This document shows, piece by piece, positions 1 through 12,200 of a DNA stretch of 64,000 nucleotides (within the stretch, counting starts at the first letter, position 1; every line of letters starts with the position of its first letter). The notes under the pieces were generated by a model. The model saw nothing but the letters and a program-made list of their open reading frames with translations, did not search any database and was not told the origin of the DNA. This DNA is from Camelus ferus. Taxonomy: Eukaryota. Position numbers and translations under genes: made by a program. The DNA is taken from contig NC_045701.1 in the NCBI RefSeq assembly GCF_009834535.1, forward strand, positions 29,760,001 through 29,824,000, written 5' to 3'.

Positions 1-369
1 ATAGTGGAACTTATTTACAGGAACAAGATATTCAGTCAACAGGTTGGAAGAACAAGAATGCCACTATAAAATAGAACTTGATGTAAAGGATGACAAAGAT
101 ACACTGTAAGACTCTAGGCAGATTATGATGATTTGAAGTCAATGTTTTGTAAGGATTTACATGGATGGTTTCGAGAAGAGAGGCAGGGGATTATTAAATG
201 AAATAGGTATAAGAAGATCACTTTGACTAAGGTATCAGTAATGTAAATGTTATTGAGATTAGTAAAATCAGAATTCCATATAACTGTCATTTTGAGTTAT
301 TTATTTATTGAACAATTGGCTATCTTATTTTACCTAGTCCATCTCTTCAGGAACCCTTCATTGCTGTGG

Positions 370-660
370 GAGGAGTATAATTCCCACTTTATTTACCAAA
401 GCTTTGGAAATATGACTTGCTTTATTCAATGTAATATGAGTAGAAGTTTCATGTGCTACATATGAGCAGAAGTCTTATGATTCAATGAATGATTGCACTA
501 TTGCTCTTATTCCATCTGCCTGGGTCCCAGGATAAAGAGATAAGAGAGGGAGGCTGGATGGGCAGGCCGTGCTCATGGATGTAGATACAATCATATGAAG
601 ATGTCAGTTATCTCCTAATTGTTGTATACATTTAACACCATATTAATCAATAGCCCAGCA
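370..660 (+). mobile_element. Old MaLR LTR fragment (MLT1-like)
   Basis: Motifs atatgacttgctttattcaatgtaatatgagtagaagt...gagcagaagtc...gcctgggtccc resemble the MLT1 LTR core as recalled; highly degraded. Confidence 0.45.
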
Positions 661-1260
661 AGCTTTTGTAGAATAAACAAATTCATTATAAAATTTCTGT
701 GAAATTGCAAAAGACTTAAAATTGCCAAAATAGTTTGTTAGAAGAACAAATTTTTTAGGTTCACACAATCTGTCTTCAGCATGTAATGTAAAGCTATAGT
801 AATCAATACAGTGTGGTGTTTGCCTAAGAGTAGATAAGTAGATGAATGCAACAGAATGGAGGGTCCAAAAGAAATTCACAATTATGGTAACTGATTTTCA
901 ACAAAGCTGCCAGAGTAATTCAACAAGAAAGAATAGCCTATGTTAATAGTTCTTTGTTAACACAATTGGATAACCATATGCAAAAGTAAATAAATTGCCT
1001 CAATCCTTGTCTATACCTTACACAAAAATCATCTGGAAATGAATATAGATGTAAAAACTAAAACTATAAAAGTCTTAGAATAAAACAAAGACTTGTGGCC
1101 TAGAGTTAGGCAAAAATGTCAGGAAAGACAAAAAGAAAAAAACCATAAAAAATTGATAACTGGGGCTAAATCAGTATTTAAACTTCTGCTCTTTGAAAAG
1201 ATAATGCTAAGTAAATGAGAGGTGTACCACTGCCTGGAGGAAAACAATTTCTGGATTCAA

Positions 1261-1552
1261 GAATTAGCGGTAGCTGCTGACGTTGACCACGTGCTTTGCT
1301 TAGACCCACAGAACAGCTTCACATAGTTTTTCTACCAGCTCTCCCTTAATGACTCCTCCTTCATTGCCTATGTGGGCTTGGTTTCTGAGACTAACAGGTT
1401 AGTGCTGCTGCCTCTGGTTCTGTAACTCCCCATTTTATATCTGCACTTCCCCAGGTCATTCCACAGTTGTTCAAAGTCTAATTTCTATGGTAAATCCCTT
1501 ATCCCATAATACATAGTGCCTCTGCTTCCAAGGTTGAATTCTGACTGATATA
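1261..1552 (+). mobile_element. ERVL/MaLR LTR 3' portion (MLT2-like) nested in L1
   Basis: Ends taaatcccttatcccataatac...tctgcttccaaggttgaattctgactgata, resembling the LTR terminus ...gaaccctgactaataca. Confidence 0.5.
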
Positions 1553-1601
1553 ATTCCTAACCTAAGTAAAAACTAAGCCAGATATATTCAAAGAAGGTCA
1601 T

Positions 1602-1712
1602 TTTTTTTAAAGTATAGTTGATTTACAATATTTTATTAGCTTCAAGTGTACAGTATAGTGATTCAGTATTTTTATAGAACTTACTCCATTAAAAGTTATT
1701 ACAAAATAATAA
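1602..1712 (-). mobile_element. Short 3' end of a younger (cetartiodactyl-type) L1 nested in the older L1
   Basis: ttttttttaaagtatagttgatttacaatattttattagcttcaagtgtacagtatagtgattcagt is the reverse complement of an L1 3' terminus with poly(A). Confidence 0.7.
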
Positions 1713-2859
1713 TGTACAACATACATCTGATAAAGGACTTGTATGCACAATATATGAAGAATTCTTACAACTCAATATTAAGAGGACAAAGCACCTGAAT
1801 AAAACTGTGTAAAAGATTTGGACACAATCTTTACCAGAGAAGACGTATGAAAAAGGTCATGCCTTGAAAAAAAGACTCAGTGTCATTAGTTATTAGGGAA
1901 ATGTAAGTTTAAATGAAAACGCAATACCATGTTACACATGCTAGCAGGGCTAAAATTTAAAATTTAAAACTGAATGTGGAGATCACTTGAAATTCTCACA
2001 CATTGTTGGTGGGAAGGCAAAAATGGTATAACTACTTTGGAAAACGATTTATCAGATTCTTTTAAAGTTAAAAATAACACCGTAATCCCCAGCAAGTCTA
2101 TTTACCAAGAGGAAAAATATTTGCCTAAGTCCACTCAAAGGTGTGTACATAATTTTTCATAGCAGCTTTATTCATAATAGTAAAAATTTGTAAACAGCTC
2201 AAATGCCCATCAAATGATGCAATGGTAAACAAATTGTGAAATATTCTACCATTGAACACTACTCAGCAATAAAATGGAATGAACTACCACTGCACACAAC
2301 AAATTGGATGAATTTCAAAAGCAATATGCTGAATGAAGACAGATCAAAAGACAACATACTATAGGATTAAACTTATATGAAATACTAAAAGAGGTAAAAC
2401 GAGAGAGAGCGAGCAAGCAGACCATTTATTTCTTGGGACTAGAGGTGGAAGGAGGGTGTTGGTTGCAAAAGAGCATAAGGGAGTTTTTTAGGGTGGAGGA
2501 TGAAGATACTCTATTTCTTGATTATGGTAGTGTTTACAAGACTATACATTTTTCAAAACTCAATGAACTCATTAATTTAAAATAGGCAAATTTTATTGTA
2601 TACATGTTATACCTCAATAAAACTAATTTTTTAAAGACAAAAAAGTTTTAATTTTATTCTTGATATCTCAACCCTATTATATCCCTCCATCTGGAGATAT
2701 CTCTAAGTACATAAAGATGCCCCTCCTTAGGGTTGTATCATTTTACTCCCCTACTGGCATAACCTCACCACAGTATCGGCTTATGGTAGGTTTTCAAGCT
2801 GTTAGATTTTGCTGTCTGATAGAAATGATTTTACCCTATGCTAATTGATAAACAATTTC

Positions 2860-4320
2860 TCAATTTAATTTTTCTTGTTAGAGTTTGAGCATCTTTTATG
2901 TAGTTAGCCATTTGCACAGCTTTTCCCGTTGCTCTGTAGGATTGCTGATCTTTTTATTCTCTATTTTAGTAGCTTTTTATATATTAACATATCATTGCTT
3001 TGTCTTAAAAGGTTGCAGATATTGTTTCTAGGTATTCATTTGTGTGTCAGCTATGCTTTTGTGTCTCTGCCATGAGCACTTACTTATGTAATCAAAATTT
3101 GTAATGTTCCCTTATTAATTCTGGATTTTGAGGTATAGTTAGGAATGATTTCCTCTCCCAGATCATAAAGAAATTCAATTTTTACATCTAAATATCCTTC
3201 CCATTTTGAACAGTTACAGGTAAGGTATGAAGAATGAATACAGGTCTACCTGTTTCCAGGTGGCTATCCTGTTATCTCAAAACCACTTGTTGAAAAGTGC
3301 CTATTCTCCCACTCATTTTAGGAACTTCATTTATGATACACTTCACTTCCATATGCAATTTAGTCTATTTTTAGGTTTTCCGTTTTGTTTCTTTCAATTC
3401 TTTGTATATTAATTCATCAATGTCACCTAGTTTTACTTATGTCCTCTTTATAGTATGTTTTCATGCCTTTTATAACTCTCAATAATCTTCTGTAATCCTC
3501 TTCCATTGCTCTACTTTTTAAAATGTTTCCCTGACTCTTCCTGCATTTTTGCATATCCTTTTTCCAGAAGAATTTTGTCATCAGTTTATCTAGATCAAAG
3601 AGGACTGGTATTATTTGTATCTAGATTTTGAATTTACAAATTAACTTAAGGAGAACTGACATCTTTATGATGTTGTGATTTCTAATTCAAGAACATGGTT
3701 CAAGTTTTTCCGTTTGTTCAAGTCTGTATTTGTGTCTTATAGGAGAGCTTTATGCTTTTCTTCACATAGGCTTTGGACATCTCCTTTAAATGTGTGGATT
3801 CTTTTTGTTGGTCCTTTTCACTTGCCTTTCATTTATATGTAAAAATACTATTGACTTTTACATGTTAATTTTATAAATGACTATTTTACTTTTTTTTTTT
3901 TTGTGTGTGGTGTCTTTTCCATTAAATCTTTTGGGTTCTAATATACAGTAAAATCATCTGTAAAAATATACAGTCTTACTTTTTTTGTTTTTGTTTTTGT
4001 CTTTATTTTAACTTTTTGTGGGGGTGTTAATTAGATTTATTTATTTTTTAGAGGAGGTGCTGGGAATTGAACCCAGGACCCCATGCACTCCAAGCACATA
4101 CTGTACAACTTGACCTATATCCTCCCCCAACAGTTTTACTTTTTTCTTCCCAATTTTTAAGTGTCTAATATACCATTCTTTCAGGTAATTGCATTGGTTA
4201 ATACCTCCCACATAATGTAAGATAATGAGAAAGTACTTTCCTAAAATGTTTTGAAGTTCATTCTGAGAAACACACCTGCAAAAAATCTTAATAATATCAT
4301 ATCCCAATATCACAGAGAAC
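2860..4320 (-). mobile_element. Old L1M ORF2 fragments, split by the SINE at 3981-4128
   Basis: T-rich antisense L1 motifs (tttgagcatcttt...agccatttg; ttctaattcaagaacatgg; ttttactttttcttcccaat...gcattgg). Confidence 0.65.
3981..4128 (-). mobile_element. tRNA-Ala-derived SINE (camelid vic-1-like) with target-site duplication
   Basis: Minus strand reads GGGGGAGGATATAGGTCAAG...GGTCCTGGGTTCAATTCCCAGCACCTCC (degenerate A box, clear B box) followed by an A-rich tail; flanked by acagtcttact (3970-3980) and acagttttact (4130-4140). Confidence 0.85.
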
Positions 4321-6354
4321 TCTTTTTGGTGAACATTATAATCTTAAAACAACTGTAAGATGTACAGATATTTTCGTTAATACTATTACTTACTGAATAA
4401 AATTTTCTCCAAATGGAAGCACAGGCTCATTCTCATATATTATTGGAGGAACTGAGATAACATTTGCAGCCCCCAAGTCAAATAACAGATCCCATTTGTC
4501 TTATCTTTGCTGTGATCCAAGATAAAGGTGATTTCTTACATCTCTCTCATCCCGTCATATGCATGCCATGTACATAAAGCACTTAAGAATAATCATACCA
4601 TTTTGTGATCCATCTTTAACTCTGGCCAAACCAACTTGGATGTTTTAATAGCTCCCACTGGAACTTGAACATTTGTTTATTCCCCAAACAGCAGCTGGTC
4701 TTTTTCATGCCATGTAATTTATTGAGTCAATTCATATCAATACAGATGTTATTAATACAAAGGTCTCAGAGATTTTGAGCCTCCTTTACCTATAAATTAG
4801 ACAGAGGGTTGATCTGACGTCATTCTGGAGCAATTGTCACTGCCTTCAGGTACTAGTTGAGTATTAGAATATCAATATGTGAGTGGAAAGGATCCTAAAG
4901 TTGCCTAGATCAACCCATTTGTGTTACATGTGAGGAATCAAAGGTACCAGTTGATGCAGCAAATTATCCAATCTCATACATCTAAGACAAGATTTGAATC
5001 CACATTTTCTGAATCCCAGGTCACCGCTATTTCTGCTACACCAGTTTAAGGGAGAGCTGGGCTGATACCCATTTAATATTAGGTATGTGGGTACAGAAAC
5101 AAATTTAAAAGTTTCTACCATGGGAAAATCATAAGAATAGTATGGAGTTAAAGGGCAAAAAACATGGGAACAAAAAGTCAGAGTGTGGGTAATTGCATGT
5201 ATAAATTGGTTTAGTCTGGGAACAATTCATTTAGAATGTATACTTACTGCGATAAGAAAGGGAAAGGAAGGAAAAAAGAAAAGCTTGGTTTAGTGGCAAG
5301 ATGAAAGGGGTTCATCATGCATTTTAAGGGCACATCTTTTCAACTGGCTTTCAGTGCACTTTGTAAAGTCTGCTCAGATCTCAATAAGAGTTTCCCTCAA
5401 CAGTCTAGTTTTAATGTTGACATGTTATATTACATAACTTCTCCTAGGTTCTCCATTACTATCCTCTGTCTCTACATAAACCCATCTCCTACCTGTTTAA
5501 AGTGAACTCTGGAAGCAGGAAGAGTTTTCTCTTTCAGACTGTTTTGGTGAAAGTCTATAAAATACAGCAGTTAAAAAATGTCTGACTTTAGGCAGCATGG
5601 TATTTAACAAAGTCTATTTAAAATACATGGAAATGTGTGAAACCGTCAGGCTTTAACTGCATCATTTTCACTAGCCTTTGAAAATGTATGGCCTTGGTGG
5701 CATAGACAGGGTCATTCATGTCTGTGTGACTGAAATGAAGAACTAAGAATAAGAGGCTACTTCATTTTTACTCTGAAGAATCTCCATTAGAAAACTGAGA
5801 CAGATTATGTTTCTCTATTCCTGTTTCCCTCATGTTGTGTTCCTTTATCCTTGCCACTACGAGAAACCATTGCCCACAATCCTTTGCATCATTGTGTTCC
5901 CACTAATAATCAATCGTGATTCTCAAACATTGTTCATCCAGTCTTTCCCTGTCATCATGATGTTTTGACAAAGGTTCCCATTCCCTCCACCTTCAAAACT
6001 TGCTAGCAGCTGGTTATGAAAATTTTTAGGTTTTTTTTTTACAAACTGAGGAGTAAATATTCAAAGAGCTGAATTTTTTATTTATTTTGTGAAGATTTGC
6101 ACTTTTCTTGTAAGCAGATTGCTAGGTTATATGAATTAATCTTGAGTTGAATCAGTTAAGACATCTGGAAAGGCCGTGGGGGAAATACTTGATAACCATG
6201 AGCAGGAGAGTGACACAGCAGGGAACTATCTAGTGGTGGGCAACCACTACATTGTTTTATGCAAAAAAAACCCCTCACTTTGTGTTTGATCACTGTATTT
6301 TTCCTATTTCTCCTCCATTTGGAAATGTCAGAGTCCTTCTCAAAATCAGAGTGA

Positions 6355-7301
6355 ATGGCCTGGAATAATCAGTCAGTCATAACTGAATTCATCCTACGGG
6401 TCTCTCCAGTTCTTGGAAACGCCAGGTCTTCAATTTCCTGTTTTTCTCTGGAGTCCATGCAGCCACTGTACTGGGGAACCTCTTCATTGTTCTCACCATT
6501 GTGTCAGAGCCACACCTTCACTCCCCCATGTACTTCCTGCTGGGCCATCTCTCCTGCATTGACATGTCTCTGGCCTCCTTTGCCACCCCCAAAATGATTG
6601 CAGATTTCTTCAGTGAGCACAAAGCCATCTCGTTTGAAGGCTGCATCACCCAAATATTCTTCCTACATCTCTTAGGGGTTGCTGAGATTGTGCTGCTGAT
6701 ATCCATGTCTTTTGATAGGTACGTGGCTATATGTAAGCCTCTACGTTATTTAACCATCATGAGCCGGAGAACGTGTGTGGGGCTTGTGACTCTTTCCTGG
6801 ATGGTCGGCATCTTCCACACTATGAGTCAGTTAGCATTCACTGTGAATCTGCCCTTCTGTGGACCCAACGAAGTGGACAGTTTCTTTTTTGATCTCCCCT
6901 TGGTGATTAAACTCGCCTGCATAGACACATACATTCTGGGAGTGTTCATGATCTCAACCAGTGGCATGATTGCCCTGGTGTGCTTCCTCCTCTTGGTGAT
7001 CTCCTACACATTCATCCTGGTTACCGTGAGGCAGCGTTCCTCTGGTGGGTCCTCCAAAGCCCTCTCCACATGCAGTGCCCACTTCACTGCTGTGACTCTT
7101 TTCTTTGGCCCGTGCATTTTCATCTGTGTGTGGCCTTTCACAAATTTTCCAATAGACAGAGTGCTCTTGGTATTTTATACCATTTTCACTCCCCTCTTGA
7201 ATCCAGTAATCTATACTCTCAGAAATAAAGACGTCAAGGATTCCATGAGAAAACTTAGCAGCCGTGTCTTTAAGTCTAGGAAGACTGCTCATACCCCTTG
7301 A
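6355..7301 (+). pseudogene. OR4K3: Olfactory receptor OR4K3-like pseudogene (1-nt deletion at codon 16; C179F)
   Basis: MAWNNQSVITEFILR, then a frame switch at cggg (6397-6400). Restoring one G gives a 315-codon OR with [34 protein letters not shown] and a C-terminus KSRKTAHTP matching recalled human OR4K3. The ECL2 motif FFCD reads FFFD (6888-6890). Confidence 0.85.
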
Positions 7302-8378
7302 TTTCCTCGTACAAAAATGAGCATTTATCCCCCTCACTCGGGGTCGATAAAGTGATTCTTCTGCAAGAAATCACTAGTTCATGGCAGAACTATTTCTGTA
7401 ATCAGGCTCAGCAGTCACTGAGTTTCAGTTATAATAAGAGTTCCTCACACAATGTAATATTTATTATGGAGCATTATCAAACCTATACTCAAAATTTTAC
7501 CTCACAAGGACTCGCTTTTTAGAATGTTCAGTTCTTGTCAGATGTAAGCATTTATTTGAGTATTGAGTATTCATATGCTTTAAGAGGAGATTTCCCGTCA
7601 GTCTCTTATGATCGTCTCTAAGTAAAGGGGCAAGTGTGAAAGTACCAATACCAGTTCACTGAAGTAACAATGGAATTTTTTATTGCTGACAAAGGTGCTG
7701 ATGAATCCATTATTTTAGTTCAAAAGTCAAAAAAATGGAGGATTCCTCATAAGTGAAAATATTTCCTATTTAATATTTTTGTGACCTGTCTTTAGTAAGA
7801 ATAAGAATAAATTAATTATTTATTTCAGTCCCTAAGTTTCTTAGAGTGGGTTTCACAAGTTTAAAACAGTATAGTAAATTCCAGGAAAATTCCTAAAGTC
7901 TGATCCATATAGAAATAGTCTAGATTCTAGAGTCATATACAACAAATCCCATCCACATTCCCATTCTGCAGAAGATGAAACTGTGATCCAAGGACACAGT
8001 AGTTTTTTCAAGGTCATGCTTTTTCGAGGCAGAATCTAGATCATTCACCTACAAACATGGATATTTGTTTATTTTCTAAACAGTAACAAGTTATTTTGGT
8101 GCCGTGACGTTTACTGCATCATTTTTGTAATCAAAAGCTGTATTGTAAATACTACGGTTCTAAGAGAGCTGAACCATTTTCCCCTTGGTTAAACACAGCA
8201 TCTGACTTAAGGAATCCATGAAACAGTGGCCTTTTGACATAGTTTCTATAGCTAATAACCAGAGTTTTTCAGACATAGAAATCATCCAGTAGTACCTATT
8301 TATTTTACTGATGATGAAATTGAATTGACTTTCCAAATTTTATATACCCGTGAAAGAGTCTAGCCAAGAAGGAGCCTG

Positions 8379-8386
<8 letters not shown>

Positions 8387-8438
<52 letters not shown>
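8387..8438. repeat. (TC)26 microsatellite
   Basis: Uninterrupted TC dinucleotide run read directly. Confidence 0.97.
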
Positions 8439-8442
<4 letters not shown>

Positions 8443-9939
8443 GGACAATGGCTAAACTATCTTCAGGAGCATTTTGGTCATTGTCATTCTGAGAGCTATA
8501 CATAAGAGAAATATTTAATGCATTAAAGTGAACTCTTATAACCATTATTAATTATTGAATTATTCAATTACCCAGTTGCCTGACATTGTCCAAGTTTGCA
8601 TAATACAATATATAATATTGTATAGTTTGGGTTTAAAGACAGATGTATATATCAATGATTGATGGATAAATAGATTGTAAAGAGTTGAATATAAAGATAA
8701 ATCAATTATTAGGTGAATGGATGGGCAAACAGATGGATATGAATGGGTGGGTGGGTGGATGTTTAGCAAGATGGAGACAGGTAGATAGATATAATCAGGA
8801 AGAAATGAATATACAGTTTAATATATTGACTCAGGTCTCTGTGTCTGTATATTGAATCTGTACAAGTTAAGTTATTGAATTTGGTAGAGTTGAAAAGATA
8901 TACTCTTAAATATACTTCTTGTGATGAAGTATAGCCAATTCAATTTATGAATATATTTAATGTCACTGGGGAGATCTACTAATGAATTAGGTTGGTGAAA
9001 ATATAATTTTAAAAAGCCCTTATAAATGACTCTATGAATATTATAAATCTGCCCTTTCATCTTCTCAACCCTGTTAGTGAGACCAAGTCTGCAAATTGGA
9101 TATTCATATTTCATTCTGCTCATTAGCATATGGTTGGCTGATCAGAGTATGGAATGCTGCATTATTTTTTTCTATGTCAGGCTATGAATTTTGTTCTCCA
9201 GTTTAGCATCCTAACATACACACTGCTAGAATGATAGCCAAATAAACGTCATAGGTTTCATTACATGAAAATTCACATATGCTGTAAAAGGCTCCAAGCA
9301 TCAGAAATGCAACATGGAAAGTTAATCTCAAAGTCAAAATTGATATAGTTGGAATAAGCACCAACCAAAGAAATTTTGAATAAAGGACTATGCCAATCTC
9401 CACTTTAAGCCCTTCAGTGATGAGGTCTTCTCTCTCCCTGCCTCATATTCTCTACTGACAGTTATTGGAGCATGATCCTTAGTGTTTCATTCCCATTGCC
9501 TCTCATAGGGAAGAAGCCTAACACTGAGTCCCAACAGTTCATTGTAAAAGATAAACCTAGCAAACAATTTCAGAGAATACTGAACCTAATTTCATAAACC
9601 TATGTCTTCACCTCCAAGAGTCGTTAGCATAATTAAAACTGTCTGGAATGTGGTTCTATAAAGTCATTTAATTTTTTTCTTATTTAATGAATTAGATTTC
9701 TGTTCGCTATGTACCTCCATCCAGCTTAAACTGTTTCACAAGTTGGTCTCTAATTATAGTCTAATAAATAAAACCAAGAGTAAATGTATTTAAAGATGTA
9801 AAAATACTTAATATTGTTCAAAAAATTAACATACACAGAAAATAAAATGGAAATTTGTCTCAGATTGGATGAACTTCAAGCAGTGAGCCTTCAGCACCAA
9901 ACTGGTTTCCTGATCTCAAATCTCAGATTCAGCACTACC

Positions 9940-10150
9940 TCAGAACTTTTCTCTGACTCTGCAGGCACATTTGGACATGCCTTTTCCTAGTCCCTGTAGT
10001 ACCATGTACAAACTTGCATCATGGCAGTTAAAACACTGCATCTCAATCACCTGTCTTTTTATAGATACAATCTCTTCAGGGACAGGGATTATGTCTTATT
10101 TCTGTTTCCAAAGGACAGAGCACAGTCCTTGATACATCAAAAGGGCTGGA
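9940..10150 (+). mobile_element. L2 3' fragment
   Basis: tctcttcagggacagggattatgtcttatttctgtttcc...gcacagtccttgatacatc is a typical L2 tail. Confidence 0.55.
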
Positions 10151-10974
10151 AAACATTTTTAAAATTTTCTTTACTGAGAGATATTAAGGTGTTACCTTTT
10201 TGACAATATGATAATGTCATCTCTTCTCCAAAGACTGATGCTGAACCACTTCCTCAAAAAGACAATCCTATCTTTCTACAATTAAAGGTACATTTGGAAA
10301 AATTAACAGAGCTCTCAATGTACAGTGAAATGCAAATGACTACGAGCAGGCTTCTCCTGGAAGGCAGTCAAAAGAATGAGAATCAGGACACAGAAGAAGA
10401 GAGACATTAAAAAAGAAGTAGAAATATAACGGATTTTTTTAATACTCCTATTTGGCTTAAATCCTCATATAGGAATAGTCTGCTGGAATATCAGTGTTCC
10501 TGGTGATTTAATAAATGCTATGTTTGTTGAGAGTGAGCCATCAAATTTGGTGGCAAAGTCGATTACGTCAAAGTAGGAGTTAGAACAGGAACAAAAGTTA
10601 TAGGCATGGTGATGAAGAAGCCGTATTATACATTTTAAGATCTTTATTAAGCATCCCTAACTGCTGGAGTAATACACATGAATGGAGTGGGCTGGTGAAA
10701 GACAAGACAGAGAGAAGAGCTCTCTAGTACTAGCCTGATCTGAAAACTCAGCTACAGCTTAGAATTCTGGCCCAATGGTAGATGGTTTACGTTTTTGTTT
10801 TTTTCTTTTGTTTTGTTTTCAAGAAAATCCATTAAGCTGTTTTCTTGTGAAACGTCCCACTATCTAACTTTATTATTTATTTTGATTTATAAACCTTTAA
10901 GAGAAGACAAGACATGCTGGGCATGCCAGCAGTTGCAGCTTGCAGCCTGTTGGCTTGCAAACTGCTTAAAGAAT

Positions 10975-11090
10975 CATGAGAAAACTAGGTTAAGAGGTTA
11001 ATCCACTTGCCCCAAACTGTAAGCCTAGTTAAGTGGTATAGAGCTGAATTTGGGTCAGGCAATCTGGCTTCAGTGATGGTACTCACAATT
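10975..11090 (-). mobile_element. MIR fragment
   Basis: gaggttaatccacttgcccca...gagctgaatttgggtcaggcaatctggcttcag resembles the MIR core. Confidence 0.5.
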
Positions 11091-12044
11091 CCCACTCCAG
11101 GAGTTTCTAGTTGTGTGTGCATGTGTGTGGAGTGTGCGGTGCGTGCAGTTATATTGAAATGTAGTCATCAAGATGTGCTATGAGGACACAGTTTGGGGTT
11201 TAACTGATTCCGCAGGAATGAGCTCCACCACCAAAATTGCCCAAGTAGAGCTGGGTACATTTATCCTACAGCTTCAGGGACATCTTAGCCCGATGAAGTG
11301 TCTGACTTGATGCTATAATTTTATGGTTCCAATGTTAACAATTTCCTGAACAGTACCATGTTGCTACATAAACAATTCTCCTTTATTTTCATAAATTTTA
11401 TGAAATGTATTTCATTAAAAATAGGAAACTTTTTTCCTATAGTTGATACATGTAATTATGTGTTACATGTAAAGTGACTACATAATTATCACCATTCATT
11501 TCCCAGTTAATATTTTTAATAAGTTCAGGTATATAAGAATATAAAGCATTTCACTACTAATTTTGAATGGGTAAGAGTTCAAAAGAGATAAACATGTGAA
11601 TAATATTTTATCACTGTTTAAACATGCACATTTTATTTAAAAATAGTAATACAACAGGATACTGACCTATTGAACATTGTACACATATTGTTTTCCCCCT
11701 TTCATGAAATCTTGGAATATATTTCAACTGAAAATGATTAAGAAACCCCCAAAATATAATACTTCTTTTGAAAAACACCGGTATAAATGGACAACTTTAT
11801 CTACAAAACTGCACCAAAGATTAATTATTGGCACATATCCAATATTTTACTATTAGTTAATATTAGGTAAATGGACACATCTTATTAGAGTATTTAAACC
11901 ATGCCCCTAAGTTCCAGTAAGCACATCTATTTCCATTCCAGTAACTCTGAAATTTTATACATGTTTAACACAATGGCAACAATAACAATATTATTAGTAT
12001 TCATTACACCCTGTATAAATGCCAACCACTGCTAGTAATGTTAT

Positions 12045-12200
12045 TTGTGTTTTGGTGTAATTTTCACAACATCCCTAGTGGTTAAATACTATATCCACAT
12101 TTTATGGTGAAGAAACTGGGTCTTAGAAACATCAAAAATACTTGCTCAAGGTTGCACAGTGAGAAAGTGGCGGGACAGGAATTCAACCTACAGCAGACAG
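12045..12200 (-). mobile_element. MIR fragment
   Basis: cacaacatccctag...cattttatggtgaagaaactggg...cttgctcaaggttgcacag...ggaattcaacc is the MIR core. Confidence 0.65.

Larger units (their letters stand above)
790..2640 (+). mobile_element. Old L1M (L1MB/L1MC-like) ORF2 3' part and 3'UTR, interrupted by two younger insertions
   Basis: Typical L1 ORF2 3' sequence (aactgattttcaacaaagctgcc; acatctgataaaggacttgtat; cacattgttggtgggaaggcaaaaatggta), ending in catgttatacctcaataaaact and an A-rich tail; no open frame. Confidence 0.8.

Noticed and set aside
3981-4128. tRNA gene call for the two tRNA-like sequences (also 17317-17446)
   Set aside because: They have A-rich tails, TSDs, and substitutions or deletions that break the cloverleaf; these are SINEs.
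4815-4822. Perfect CRE palindrome TGACGTCA upstream of OR4K3
   Set aside because: A single 8-mer is expected about once by chance in 64 kb and has no supporting context.
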